IMG/VR virus record: IMGVR_UViG_3300030116_002629
Span: 1 to 61,426 of that record
Strand: one strand, 5' to 3'
Source of the DNA: a virus
Taxonomy: Duplodnaviria; Caudoviricetes
Length of the DNA: 61,426 nucleotides
In this document: piece after piece, positions 11,201-20,251 of the stretch
How positions within the stretch are numbered: the first letter of the stretch is position 1
Layout of the letters: each line of letters begins with the position of its first letter
The notes under the pieces: generated by a model
Database searches by the model: none
The model's input: the letters and a program-made list of their open reading frames with translations, nothing else
Told to the model about the DNA's origin: nothing
Position numbers and translations under genes: made by a program

Positions 11201-12792
11201 AAAAAACTGGTGAAGTTAAAAAAATACCAGGTGTTGAACCAGTTAAATTAGAAGGAGGTTCAGCAGAAGTTAAAGGTTTAATTCAAGAAGGAGACATTAT
11301 AACTGCAGGATTTGCAAGTGACGGTGAAAAAAATATTCTTAGATATGTTAATCAAATAACAGATGTAGGAGCTAGGCCTGCAGGTGGATTAGGTGTTAAT
11401 TATGGTGTACCAGTTAAAGTAGTAAAAGCTTGGCAATTACCAGAACAAATTACTGAAGAATTTTTTGAAACACCATTAGCTAAAAAAATGGCTGAATCTT
11501 TAAATCTTACCGAAGAGGCATTAAGAGAAAAATTAATGCTTGGTAAAAAGAATAAACAAGGTCAAAATAGTATGCAACCTTTTAATTCAAAGAAATTTTG
11601 GAATGGATGGTTTTATGAAATAGAACCTATTGCATTGAATGATGAAAATTATAAATGGGAAGAAGTACAACAAAAACATTTACAAGCTGATATTGAAACA
11701 GATGTTGCTATAAAGAACTGGATGGGTCATAAATATGGAATAAAAAACTTAGCTGCAGTTGGTGGTTTATTAATGAGACTAGCTCCTATAGTTGATTATG
11801 GTGAGTATGCATATGGTTTTGGTGTTAAAGGTTTTAATGCTTTAGTTAAACAAGCAGAGAGAGGATTTATAGCAGCTCAAGCTAATAAATGGATACCTGG
11901 AAATATGATATATTCTAAATTAGCTAGAGAAGTTGGAGATGTAAGAAAAGGCCTTTTACCTAAAACTAGAGGTTTCTTAGGTGAAATGGGTACTAGAGCT
12001 AAAATTACAGGATTTGGTGGTAGAGAAGCAGCTAAAGGAGCACATACAACAGGAGAACTTTTTCAAAGTAAAATAGGTAAGAGAGTAGTAGCTAGGCCTG
12101 CTACAGGTACAGTTAGAGCTGTAGGTTTGTATGAAAAATATAACTTCCTTTATGGTTTAGCTTCTGGGTTGTTGTTATCTTCAATAGAAGCATTAGGTAT
12201 TATTTCTAGAGATACTATTGGTGAAAATAATATCAGAACTCAACTAGGTGGAGATTATGAAGCATGGGCTGAAAGCAATGGAATCTTAGATAAAATAGGA
12301 CCTTGGCCATTAATATCTAGTTTGGAAAGAGCTGAGTCACTAGGTTATTTAGATGAAGGATTTACAGAAGATTATATTAATCAAACAAATACTAAATGGA
12401 TGGGAGTAGTACACGAATTTCTAGGTACAGAACATTATGACCAAATGGATAAAGTTAATGTTATTTGGCAAGATGGCAAAAGACCTAGAGGTTGGTTTAC
12501 TAGTTTCAATGATATCTTTGGATTAAGTTCTGATGGTGCAATAGCAAATGCTGGTGTTCTTCCTAGAACTGGTTTAGCTCCTGCTATTAAAAGGTCTCCA
12601 ATAGTTTCAGGTATTGAGATACCATTTGAGAATTGGTTCTTACCTAAAGTAGGATTAGAAAGCTGGGTAACAGAAGATAGGCCTGCAACAATTCAAGATG
12701 AAGAAGATTTAGCTAATCAAATAGGACAAATACCTGCTACAGTAGATAATAACGCATGGTTAGGAAACATAGCTGACTTTGGAGATTATTAA
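8236..12792 (+). CDS. Polyvalent putative virion cargo protein, 1518 aa (FGDN-motif domain, DUF4326-like, NADAR-like, SLOG/YpsA-like and ASCH-like domains, conserved C-terminal region)
   Basis: Motifs LYLFGDN..QAVIRGLENAIGIPT; GELGNPF..HAKTL; LELSSKGD..FSALNA..GRTIEDVWQ; RTGDN..INVAGN..IRSGGQNGFD; C-terminus shared with 55852-58386. Confidence 0.6.
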   Translation: MAEGISKEEFIKALKANTTIPEAAKATLIEALENAPAKQKFDSRVKDYLDGIKNGYLEVDELIGFLEDEFGYDKFSGTFGDPEAAKEVTKKAKETTSKEAQAKADKVTEAPDVAKQAVLEGKDKKVTLVDEWKRADVKKDVGFLYLFGDNLADAESGVIPKSTQAVIRGLENAIGIPTRISKSEDFQPEDFERWKELIDEQLALAEADGRPIKISKGGMATDKGKKLPANFKEHLAIKINNLAGEELFGPDMKQGTSNTSKRIVASGGTVRAMRGGELGNPFYYKGSGKSDEIVKVGTDKSSTVVMPEGSTEDDLVKKVVELHKDWLTWTRLPDNLDDDQLFELQALRDKQLRIMANLPDDYTLEYYRPDAESSHAKTLVDFIDNAKKDMEEVDRSTIGQSDDPYFDTSRDVLDLTLELSSKGDEFGQQFSALNATFKEGEYAGRTIEDVWQNEIKKSGKGKPPAEGSVLFGKSLEDSKLAYQELWEMWAVENPRLIAELQDKVNEGYQLTDWYARNKDPNKTVNQAEALTNIIYNLNNEEKAIKADDAKSRQVPFEKVNASDPGPGASRAQYDNWAVRTGDNYLAAAKAEGFTLDFTTEDKGSGSTKKSGTYEPNLKIMRTFPHLKGLTDEEILNATYKQIKLTKDLKFANPDEVAEIAALVAKALNNGKTINVAGNQVYRFPGKTQNDVDRLFAEFMDMVQDNPVTDWSNAVIRSGGQNGFDLSGLRWANFFKIPFRLHTGKTKLFRKIGGGDVVGDINEFIPLLQFDENGKFNNELLKAPKKTTSVDKATTQPKTTEKLPPDTSKTLKRLNSEFESVKNSPKAIRDQWWKSLTDMERDYIKTIIEKKNVKASAAGTPDVKAVAEPDIPTRKTGQMELEHFWLDKAYNETIPVSSIDGASSWKRYVAYGTKIYDWETNQSNLINGKAAGTAYEPVQILRGYQKGIVLPETMADITKNPQSFVKDGEATWQRTKPGEYDPRTVQSVDKKTGEVKKIPGVEPVKLEGGSAEVKGLIQEGDIITAGFASDGEKNILRYVNQITDVGARPAGGLGVNYGVPVKVVKAWQLPEQITEEFFETPLAKKMAESLNLTEEALREKLMLGKKNKQGQNSMQPFNSKKFWNGWFYEIEPIALNDENYKWEEVQQKHLQADIETDVAIKNWMGHKYGIKNLAAVGGLLMRLAPIVDYGEYAYGFGVKGFNALVKQAERGFIAAQANKWIPGNMIYSKLAREVGDVRKGLLPKTRGFLGEMGTRAKITGFGGREAAKGAHTTGELFQSKIGKRVVARPATGTVRAVGLYEKYNFLYGLASGLLLSSIEALGIISRDTIGENNIRTQLGGDYEAWAESNGILDKIGPWPLISSLERAESLGYLDEGFTEDYINQTNTKWMGVVHEFLGTEHYDQMDKVNVIWQDGKRPRGWFTSFNDIFGLSSDGAIANAGVLPRTGLAPAIKRSPIVSGIEIPFENWFLPKVGLESWVTEDRPATIQDEEDLANQIGQIPATVDNNAWLGNIADFGDY

Positions 12793-14033
12793 TGGAAGAA
12801 AATAAAGCACAAATACTTAAAGTTGTAGATGCAGATGGAAATGAAACTGGTGATTTTTATGTCATTGTAGATACAGGTGGAGTTAAATTTGTATTTAAAC
12901 CTACTCAAACATATGAAGAAACATTAGAAATATATAAAGATGTTATAGAAGTAGAAGAAACAGATTCAACAGAACTAGATTTTGAAAAAAGATTTATTGA
13001 TGATGATTTAATGGTGTATTGGGGAGACATAGACCAGTACACAGATACTACTGAAGATGTTATTAACAGTATTAAAACAGCTAGTGCTAATGAATCATGG
13101 TGGAAAAATGAGAACTTTAGAAATGCTTATGTAGATATCTGGGAAAATAACTATGATGATGTTACAGATGTATTTAATTCTGACCAATTCCTTGCTGATT
13201 TAAGAAACTCTAGTGCTATAGGTGCTGCATTTGGTGAAGATGGAATAACTAAAGCAACTTGGAATAGGTCTATTGATGAAAGATTAAATCCAGAACAATT
13301 TATATTGGATGATGATTTTGCAAAAACAATGGTATATGAAACAGCTATTGCAGGTTTAGGTCCTGATGGTGCTGATATTGTTAATGACAATAAAGATTTA
13401 AAACGAACTTTAGATTTGTTAGCCTTTAAATACAACAATGGACATTTTGGTGAAGTAGGTAGTGATAATGCTAAAGCACATTTGAGTGTTCAAATTACAG
13501 CTTTGATTGACCCTTCATCTAGATTAGAAAATGGTGGTTATTATGAATTAGAATCAGATGTAGCTAATTCTATTGATGGTATAGAAATACCAACTACTAC
13601 TAGAAAAGAAAGTGAAATACAAGAAATACTTGACCAATGGGTACCAGAAAATCAACATAGTACATTTAATGTAGCTGATGAAGCTGCAAAGTTAAGAAGA
13701 AATCCTTTGTATAAAACAGAATTCGTTGAAAAAGCTAAGGATGCTAAATTTGCACAATACCCTATGTATGATAGAAATGTAGATTGGACTACTGTTTTAA
13801 ATAGAGGTATAGCTTTAATTGAAAATGCTTGGGGAACTACTCCAAAAGATGGTGACCCTATCTTACATGAAGTATTAACATTAAACGATACTAATAAAGC
13901 AAATGCATATTTGAAAGCTGAAGGTTTGAAAATAGGTAATGAAAAGGTTAGTAACGATTATGCTAAAGCTGTAGCTCAAGCTTACGGTGATGATATAATC
14001 AGAACACCTGGATATGTGGAAGGAAGGCCATAA
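12792..14033 (+). CDS. Putative internal virion protein, 413 aa (allele A)
   Basis: Coupled ORF; homologue at 58388-59608. Confidence 0.55.
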   Translation: MEENKAQILKVVDADGNETGDFYVIVDTGGVKFVFKPTQTYEETLEIYKDVIEVEETDSTELDFEKRFIDDDLMVYWGDIDQYTDTTEDVINSIKTASANESWWKNENFRNAYVDIWENNYDDVTDVFNSDQFLADLRNSSAIGAAFGEDGITKATWNRSIDERLNPEQFILDDDFAKTMVYETAIAGLGPDGADIVNDNKDLKRTLDLLAFKYNNGHFGEVGSDNAKAHLSVQITALIDPSSRLENGGYYELESDVANSIDGIEIPTTTRKESEIQEILDQWVPENQHSTFNVADEAAKLRRNPLYKTEFVEKAKDAKFAQYPMYDRNVDWTTVLNRGIALIENAWGTTPKDGDPILHEVLTLNDTNKANAYLKAEGLKIGNEKVSNDYAKAVAQAYGDDIIRTPGYVEGRP

Positions 14034-15010
14034 TGGCACAACCATTTGTTGAAGGCGAAAATTTACAGATATGGTTATATTCTCCTGATGGACAAAGAGT
14101 AAAAAAGCAATCGGGTAGAAGAAAAGGTGAAAACCAATCTGAAGCTGATTATTTTATTAATGAGTTAGGTTATACAACTTATAATCCTAAAGCTGGAAAA
14201 ATAGAAGATATAAGAGACATAGAAGAAGGCACACAGCGTGCTAATCTCTTATTTAGTTTTATGCCTGAATCAGTTAAGAATGAATTTGCTAAATCATGGG
14301 TAGAATTAGGAGATGTTGAATTAGCTAAAGCTAAAGCTAGAACTACACCTGCATGGGAAAAAGAGTTTGGTTTTTTAAGAAGAAAAGATGGTTCTTTAGT
14401 TATGTCTGAAATAGAAGCTGTAGCTACTAAAGCAGCTTATAGAGAAACATTAGGAGAAGTAGGTATTGTAGATACTTCAGGATTTGAACAACAGTTTGAA
14501 CAGATGATTACTGGTGAAGTATCAGCACAAGAGTTCCAACAAAGAATAGATACTGTATGGAATACTGTTAAAAACAATATACCTCAAGTAGAGTCAATGT
14601 TTAGAAATCAATACAATATAGATTCAGATACTCCTACTATATTTGCTGCTTTAATTAATCCAGAGATACAAGATAAATTATTAAAAGGTGATTTAGTATC
14701 ATTAAGCATAGGAGCAGAAGCTAAAGCTGGTGGCTTTAATAGAAGTTTTGCAAGATTTGATGCACTTAGAAAAGCTGGTTTAGACCAGAAAGGAGCTAGA
14801 CAACTATATCAAACAGCTGAACCATTACTTGAAAGAGCTGGTTCAATAGGTAATGCATTAGGTATAGAGACATTAGAAGCTGCTGCTGTAGGTGACATGA
14901 AAGCACAACAACAAGTATCAAGAGCACAGTCAGAGATACTATCCGAAAGTAGTACTGTGGTAGGAGCTGCTAAAAATAATAAACAAGTTAGTGGACTTTT
15001 AGAACAATAA
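14033..15010 (+). CDS. Putative internal virion protein, 325 aa (allele A)
   Basis: Coupled ORF; homologue at 59608-60582 with an unrelated N-terminal ~60 aa. Confidence 0.55.
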   Translation: MAQPFVEGENLQIWLYSPDGQRVKKQSGRRKGENQSEADYFINELGYTTYNPKAGKIEDIRDIEEGTQRANLLFSFMPESVKNEFAKSWVELGDVELAKAKARTTPAWEKEFGFLRRKDGSLVMSEIEAVATKAAYRETLGEVGIVDTSGFEQQFEQMITGEVSAQEFQQRIDTVWNTVKNNIPQVESMFRNQYNIDSDTPTIFAALINPEIQDKLLKGDLVSLSIGAEAKAGGFNRSFARFDALRKAGLDQKGARQLYQTAEPLLERAGSIGNALGIETLEAAAVGDMKAQQQVSRAQSEILSESSTVVGAAKNNKQVSGLLEQ

Positions 15011-15019
15011 GTGTATAAT
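15011..15019 (+). promoter_or_regulatory. -10 box (gtgTATAAT) for the scaffold/capsid operon
   Basis: Perfect TATAAT at 15014-15019 directly after a stop codon; conserved at 60586-60591; same 9-mer at 31077-31085. Confidence 0.65.
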
Positions 15020-15026
15020 AAAGTTT

Positions 15027-15204
15027 AAGCGTTGCAAGGTCCGCTTTAAATGACCGCAAACCAGCTTTCAGGGCCTGCGTAGAAAGCTTGTACTAAAACC
15101 GCAGAGTAAGGACTTAGGATTAAAACCCTACCAGATTCTAAGTCAAGTGTGAAGGTAGGGCCGCAACTAATAGCCACGGGATTAGTTTGTAAGGTAAAAC
15201 CGTG
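15027..15204 (+). ncRNA. Structured 5' leader RNA with four tandem H-type pseudoknots
   Basis: Four stems, each with a loop complementary to a downstream segment; changes in allele B fall in loops or give G-U pairs. Confidence 0.75.
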
Positions 15205-15217
15205 TGGAGGTACGATT

Positions 15218-15682
15218 ATGAGTGAATTTGACGGTATAGAAAATACTGGCGTAAAAGCAATGCGAGATACTATTGACCGCAAAAATGAAGAGATAGCTAA
15301 ATTACAAGCTGAACTTCATGAGCATAAGGATGCAAAACTAAATACTGTTGTAAAACAGATAGGTTTAAATCCAGACAATGGTTTCGGTAAAGCATTAAAA
15401 CAAGTGTATGACGGTGACGCAACAGTCGAAGCTGTCAGTGAGTTTGCTAAAACTGAGTATAGTTATGAGCCAACAGGAGGATTTCAGGAAGTCACACAGA
15501 CTGAACTCCCACCAGTAGTTCAAGACGATGCAAGGGCTAGAGTAGCTTCACTTGATGATTATTCACAAAGTGATGTGCCAAGAGATGTTCTGAACGACCT
15601 TCAGGAAATCATTGCAAAGGGTACTCCGAAAGATAGTATCCGTGCAAAACTTACTCTGATGGAAGACGAAAAGAACAAATAA
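15218..15682 (+). CDS. Capsid scaffolding protein (allele A)
   Basis: ATG 15218 after GGAGG (15206-15210); coiled-coil, acidic, directly upstream of the capsid gene. Confidence 0.7.
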   Translation: MSEFDGIENTGVKAMRDTIDRKNEEIAKLQAELHEHKDAKLNTVVKQIGLNPDNGFGKALKQVYDGDATVEAVSEFAKTEYSYEPTGGFQEVTQTELPPVVQDDARARVASLDDYSQSDVPRDVLNDLQEIIAKGTPKDSIRAKLTLMEDEKNK

Positions 15683-15717
15683 GTATAAGTACAAGATAGA
15701 GTTTACGGAGGTAAATT

Positions 15718-16842
15718 ATGGCAGCAATTACGCTGACTAATAACGCTATTTACTCACAGAAGATTAATAACTTTTCTGGTGAGTTATTCCGTGTAGGTGG
15801 TCAAAGAACTCCTTTCTTATCTGCAACTGGTGGATTAAACGGAGGTAAGGTTTTACAATCTACTTTCTGGCAAATCCAAGCAGCTGACAGTCACACAGTT
15901 TCTTCTGAGCCAACAAAAGGCCAAGAAGGAGCACAACCAACTGAATATCTCGGAAGAGATAGAGTTGCGTACACAGGTGTGACTCAGGTATTCCATAAAG
16001 GTGTCAAGATGACCTATACTGCAATGGCGACTTTTCAACATCAAAATCCATTTGACTTGAGTGCAAATATTATTAACTCATCAGATGGTGACGGAACAGT
16101 TACAGCAGCTGATAAATTATCATTATCAGGTGGTAACCCAATTGTTGATGAGTTCTCAGAACAACTAACTCTTGCTCTTGAAAAAGTAGCTCGTGAGGTT
16201 GAATGGTTCGCATTCAATGGTACTTTTGCCGATGGTGCTAATACAACACCAGGTTCAGGTACTCGTGAAATGAGAGGTATTTCAGAATATATTGCATTAA
16301 ATGCTAATGCTAATAACTCAACAGCTCCAGTCGCAACTGGCGGAAACATTTATTATAATGACTCTTCTGGTGACGGTTCTGGTGCTGCTAGAGTTCTTTC
16401 ATGGGATGCAATCGCAGGTGCTATGAAGCGTCTATATGATGCTCACGCACCAATGATTCAACCAGTGCTTTGTGTAAATCCAAAGCAACTACTTGACCTT
16501 AACAAGGAATTGTTAACTGGTACAGTAGGTATTACTGGAACTATCCTACCAAGAGATAGAAGTATCGCTGGTATCGACATTGATACTATCGTTACTCCTT
16601 TCGGTGCAATTGGTCTTATGGTCATCGACCCTAACATCATGCCTGCCGATTGTGCATTTATCCTTGACTTTGCTTTCATACAACCAGTATTCACAAATAT
16701 CCCAGGATATGGTACTGTGTTCGTGAGAGACTTAGACCAAGACGATTATGCAAGAGTTGGAAAAGCAGTTTACATGGAAATGGGATATGACTTTGGTCCG
16801 CCAAGTTATCATCTCAAATTCGTTGATGCTGATTCAGCATAA
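15718..16842 (+). CDS. Major capsid protein (HK97 fold, SU10-MCP/DUF5309-like)
   Basis: 374 aa, strong GGAGGT RBS; TPFLS, EGA..P, TQVFHKGV, EFSEQ..ALEKVAREVE, REMRGI and IVTPFG motifs. Confidence 0.85.
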   Translation: MAAITLTNNAIYSQKINNFSGELFRVGGQRTPFLSATGGLNGGKVLQSTFWQIQAADSHTVSSEPTKGQEGAQPTEYLGRDRVAYTGVTQVFHKGVKMTYTAMATFQHQNPFDLSANIINSSDGDGTVTAADKLSLSGGNPIVDEFSEQLTLALEKVAREVEWFAFNGTFADGANTTPGSGTREMRGISEYIALNANANNSTAPVATGGNIYYNDSSGDGSGAARVLSWDAIAGAMKRLYDAHAPMIQPVLCVNPKQLLDLNKELLTGTVGITGTILPRDRSIAGIDIDTIVTPFGAIGLMVIDPNIMPADCAFILDFAFIQPVFTNIPGYGTVFVRDLDQDDYARVGKAVYMEMGYDFGPPSYHLKFVDADSA

Positions 16843-16860
16843 ATAAAAAATTGAAGATTA

Positions 16861-16890
16861 GGGTGGGAATCCACCTCCTGCCCTTTTCTT
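16861..16890 (+). terminator. Probable intrinsic terminator after the capsid gene
   Basis: GGTGG-GAAT-CCACC hairpin followed by a pyrimidine/T tract. Confidence 0.5.
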
Positions 16891-16891
16891 C

Positions 16892-16900
16892 TGCTATAGT
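16892..16900 (+). promoter_or_regulatory. Extended -10 promoter TGcTATAGT
   Basis: TGnTAnnnT ending 10 nt before ATG 16910; same 9-mer at 20976-20984 (+) and 36548-36556 (-). Confidence 0.55.
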
Positions 16901-16909
16901 AAGTGAGAT

Positions 16910-17242
16910 ATGATTAAAGTAAAAACAGTATTAATAGATGTATCAGCAGATGCAAGTAATTCAGTTAGTTTTAAAACTGATGGATTGTTATTATCAGGAA
17001 TTAAATTTCCTGCAGCAATGACAGGTTCTGCAATTACATTTGACCACTCAATGGATAACTCCACATGGTCTGATGTAAAAGAAACAGATGGAACAGAAGT
17101 AAGCTACACTGTATCAGCTGGAGATGTTATAAGACTTGACCCTAGTGGTTGGGCTTTTGCAGCAGAAGGTTGGTTAAGAATTACATCTGGAGGTACAGAA
17201 GCTGCAGATAGAAGTTTAGAAGTATATCTTAGACATAGTTAG
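16910..17242 (+). CDS. Small beta-rich structural protein, 110 aa
   Basis: Between capsid and tail genes; beta-strand-rich composition. Confidence 0.55.
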   Translation: MIKVKTVLIDVSADASNSVSFKTDGLLLSGIKFPAAMTGSAITFDHSMDNSTWSDVKETDGTEVSYTVSAGDVIRLDPSGWAFAAEGWLRITSGGTEAADRSLEVYLRHS

Positions 17243-17250
17243 GAGGTTTT

Positions 17251-18258
17251 GTGAGTAGTACAATAGCCGACCTAATTAATAGGACATACAGAGAATATTT
17301 AGAACCAGTAGATTCTGTAGAGAGTTATTCCTACATTACTTCTGGTATATCTGATTCAGCTACAAGTATTACCTATGACGGTAATTTATTTTCAGTTGAA
17401 GAAGAAGACGCATTAGATGCTGGTGCAATTATAGAAATTGGCCAAGAGTTAATGTACACAACAGCTCTTAATGCACCTACTAATACAATTACAGTTAAAA
17501 GAGGCCAAAGAGGTACAACAGCTGCTGCACATTCATCAGGAGATTTAATTAAAATAGCTCCTGCATTTCCTCGTAAAAATATTTATGATGCAATTGTTGA
17601 CCAAATTAAAAACTTATACCCTACATTATTTGCTGTAGAAACACTAGATGTTACAAGTGGTACAGGTTATAGAATATTAGGTAACTATGGTTCTGACCAA
17701 GATAGTTATAATTATTTAGTTACTCCAATTAAAGCTATATCTCAATATACAGATTGGAGTGCAGGTTCAGACCAAACAGGATTAACTTATAAACCTGTAG
17801 GAATTGAATTAATAGATTTACCTAATCCATTTACTTGGACAGATGATACAAGTACATCAAGAACTAAAACATATACAACAGGACCTGATGTAGTACATGC
17901 AATACAGTTTTCAGGTATAGCTTCAGGCCATACAACTTATGTAACTTTTAAAAAGAAATTTGTAATACCAACAGCTGAAACTACTACATTAACAGCAGTA
18001 GGTTTAGAAACAGAATATGAACCAATAGTTATGGCAGGTGTAGCTGCACAGTTGCTTGCTGGAAAAGATATCAATATGGTGGATGCTCCTTATATAACTG
18101 AACAATTAGAAGCTGCAGTTTATCCTGTAGGTAGTTCAAGTTCTATTAGAAATTCATTATTACAATATCAACAAGTATTAATCCAACAAGCTAGAAGTAA
18201 TTTGAGGTCTAAATATCCGGAGGCTGTCCTATTACAAGGCGTTAATTATCCTTCCTAA
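17251..18258 (+). CDS. Head-tail adaptor (tail tubular protein A-like) with a beta-rich insertion
   Basis: AGGAGG RBS; N-terminal TIADLINRT helix; IEIGQELM..TITVKRGQRGTTAAAH insert; position. Confidence 0.6.
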   Translation: MSSTIADLINRTYREYLEPVDSVESYSYITSGISDSATSITYDGNLFSVEEEDALDAGAIIEIGQELMYTTALNAPTNTITVKRGQRGTTAAAHSSGDLIKIAPAFPRKNIYDAIVDQIKNLYPTLFAVETLDVTSGTGYRILGNYGSDQDSYNYLVTPIKAISQYTDWSAGSDQTGLTYKPVGIELIDLPNPFTWTDDTSTSRTKTYTTGPDVVHAIQFSGIASGHTTYVTFKKKFVIPTAETTTLTAVGLETEYEPIVMAGVAAQLLAGKDINMVDAPYITEQLEAAVYPVGSSSSIRNSLLQYQQVLIQQARSNLRSKYPEAVLLQGVNYPS

Positions 18259-20225
18259 TGCCTAGAGTAGCAACTACTGATTTAATAAATAACCCAAAGA
18301 GATATGGGTATGACTTTAGAGTTGACAGATTATTACTTCGTGCTGCTATAAGTCCTGAAAGGCCTATGACTATACAGTCATCAGATGTTAATGCTAATGA
18401 TAATGTAAATGTTAAACAAAATCCTGAAGACTTTACATCTAACTTAGGCCGTGTATTTTCAAGAAATAACTTTAGTGCAGGCCAAGGATTAGATACAGCA
18501 CATAGAGCTAATGGACAACCTGATGATGTTAATAGATTTTGGGATAGTAAAGGTGTCGATGTATTTCATAGTGATGATGAAACATCATACAATGTACATT
18601 TATTAAACACAACACAAGACGAAGGAATTAACTTTAGTGGTAGCAATAACTACTTGACACAAACAACAGATGGAAAATTATGGGTAACTGATGCTAATAA
18701 AATATATAAATCAACAGACAATGGAGATAACTGGTCTCAAGAAACTACAGGTAATACACATAACTTTACAGGTATAACTTCTGTTGGTAATAGAGTATTT
18801 GCTACTACTGCTAATAGTACAACTGCATCAGAACTTATTGAGTGGAATGGTTCTAGTTGGAATGCAAGAACAACTGCACAAACATCAGCTGGTGGTTTAA
18901 ATGGTATATGGTTTTACAAAGGCGTATTAATTATTGCTGGAGATGATGGCACTGTAGAAAGAGTATGGATTATATCTCCTTTTAATCAAACATGGGATAG
19001 TTCAGATTTAACAGATGGTGGTGCTTTATTTAGTTTTGAAAGTACACATCATGTTTCACAAGTTGTAGATGCTGGTGCTGTAATACTTGTAGCTTCAACT
19101 AATGGTGATATATATTCTGTCAAAGATAATGCAGGTACTTGGGCATTAAGAGGCCAAACTAATATACCTTTTGAAGAAGTACACTCCATAGCTGCTGCTG
19201 AAGGTATAGTATTTTTTGGTACAAAAGATAAATCAAAAGATGTAGGAAGATTTTATAAAGCACAATTAGTAGTTGCTGATGATTTGTATGTATTAAATGA
19301 AAGACAATTAATTAAAGAATGGAGTATATCAGGACAAGACACAACACCTAAACATATGTTTGTATCTAGAGATAGTGTTTATTGTGGTATTAAAGAAAGC
19401 GGTAGTGAATCATATTTGTGGCGATATTACTTACCAACAGGTGGTATAGCCAGAGATTTGAAAGCAGGTGCTGGTGGTTTCGTTACTGGAATTACTAACT
19501 CAAATGATAAATTTGTAATATGTGTAGCTGGTGCAGACATATGGAGACAAACTTCTACATATGAAAGTACAGGTTATCTTATAACATCTGCTGCAGATTT
19601 CTTTACTGCTGAACAAAAACAATTTGTAGGTGCAGAAATATCTACTAAAAACTTAGCTGCTGATACAAGTGTATCATTGAATTTTAGTACTTCATTTGAA
19701 GATTTAGACAATCCAGATAGCAGTAATTATGTACAAGCTTTATCTCAGATAACAGGTACTGGTGATATTGAATCACAAATTTCTCCTGTTTCTAGATATA
19801 TTATAGGAAAATTAGTATTAAATTCTGATACTGGTGTTAATACACCTTATGTTAAATCTATACAATTTAGAGCACTAGCTAGGCCTGAACTTGTAGTTGC
19901 ACAAATACCTGTAAATATATCAGATAGAGTAGAAAGGCCTGGTAGAAAACCAATTAAAGTTAAAAACTTAGGAGATGCTATATACGAAGAATTAAGAACA
20001 TTAGAAGGTGATTCTGTTACATTAGAAATATTTAATCCTAATGAAGTTATTAGAGGTGTAGTAGAGCAAATAAGTTATCCTGTTACAACTAATTCTGAAG
20101 TAGGTTCTGTTACAACATATGCTACTATTACTATAAGAGGTACTAGACAGCCTACTGTTTCACAAGTATCATCTACAGTTGTACTTGGTATAGGAAAATT
20201 AGGAGAGATAAGGTTTGGTGGATAA
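18258..20225 (+). CDS. Tail nozzle (tail tubular protein B-like), probable beta-propeller
   Basis: 655 aa, beta-rich, Asp-box-like STDNGDNW; follows the adaptor as in podoviruses. Confidence 0.6.
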   Translation: MPRVATTDLINNPKRYGYDFRVDRLLLRAAISPERPMTIQSSDVNANDNVNVKQNPEDFTSNLGRVFSRNNFSAGQGLDTAHRANGQPDDVNRFWDSKGVDVFHSDDETSYNVHLLNTTQDEGINFSGSNNYLTQTTDGKLWVTDANKIYKSTDNGDNWSQETTGNTHNFTGITSVGNRVFATTANSTTASELIEWNGSSWNARTTAQTSAGGLNGIWFYKGVLIIAGDDGTVERVWIISPFNQTWDSSDLTDGGALFSFESTHHVSQVVDAGAVILVASTNGDIYSVKDNAGTWALRGQTNIPFEEVHSIAAAEGIVFFGTKDKSKDVGRFYKAQLVVADDLYVLNERQLIKEWSISGQDTTPKHMFVSRDSVYCGIKESGSESYLWRYYLPTGGIARDLKAGAGGFVTGITNSNDKFVICVAGADIWRQTSTYESTGYLITSAADFFTAEQKQFVGAEISTKNLAADTSVSLNFSTSFEDLDNPDSSNYVQALSQITGTGDIESQISPVSRYIIGKLVLNSDTGVNTPYVKSIQFRALARPELVVAQIPVNISDRVERPGRKPIKVKNLGDAIYEELRTLEGDSVTLEIFNPNEVIRGVVEQISYPVTTNSEVGSVTTYATITIRGTRQPTVSQVSSTVVLGIGKLGEIRFGG

Positions 20226-20251
20226 TAAATGTATGGTAAGATAGGACAATA

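Larger units (their letters stand above)
1..15854 (+). repeat. Diverged direct repeat, copy A of the portal-to-capsid block (copy B is 47709-61426)
   Basis: Same gene order and homologous proteins in both copies; 10-107 identical to 47718-47815; 15778-15854 identical to 61350-61426. Confidence 0.95.

Noticed and set aside
15149-15217. N-terminal extension of the scaffold ORF from GTG 15149, and antisense ORFs 15046-15282 and 60618-60830
   Set aside because: A 2-nt indel before the ATG in allele B breaks the extension frame, the SD lies just before 15218, and RNA structure explains the conservation.
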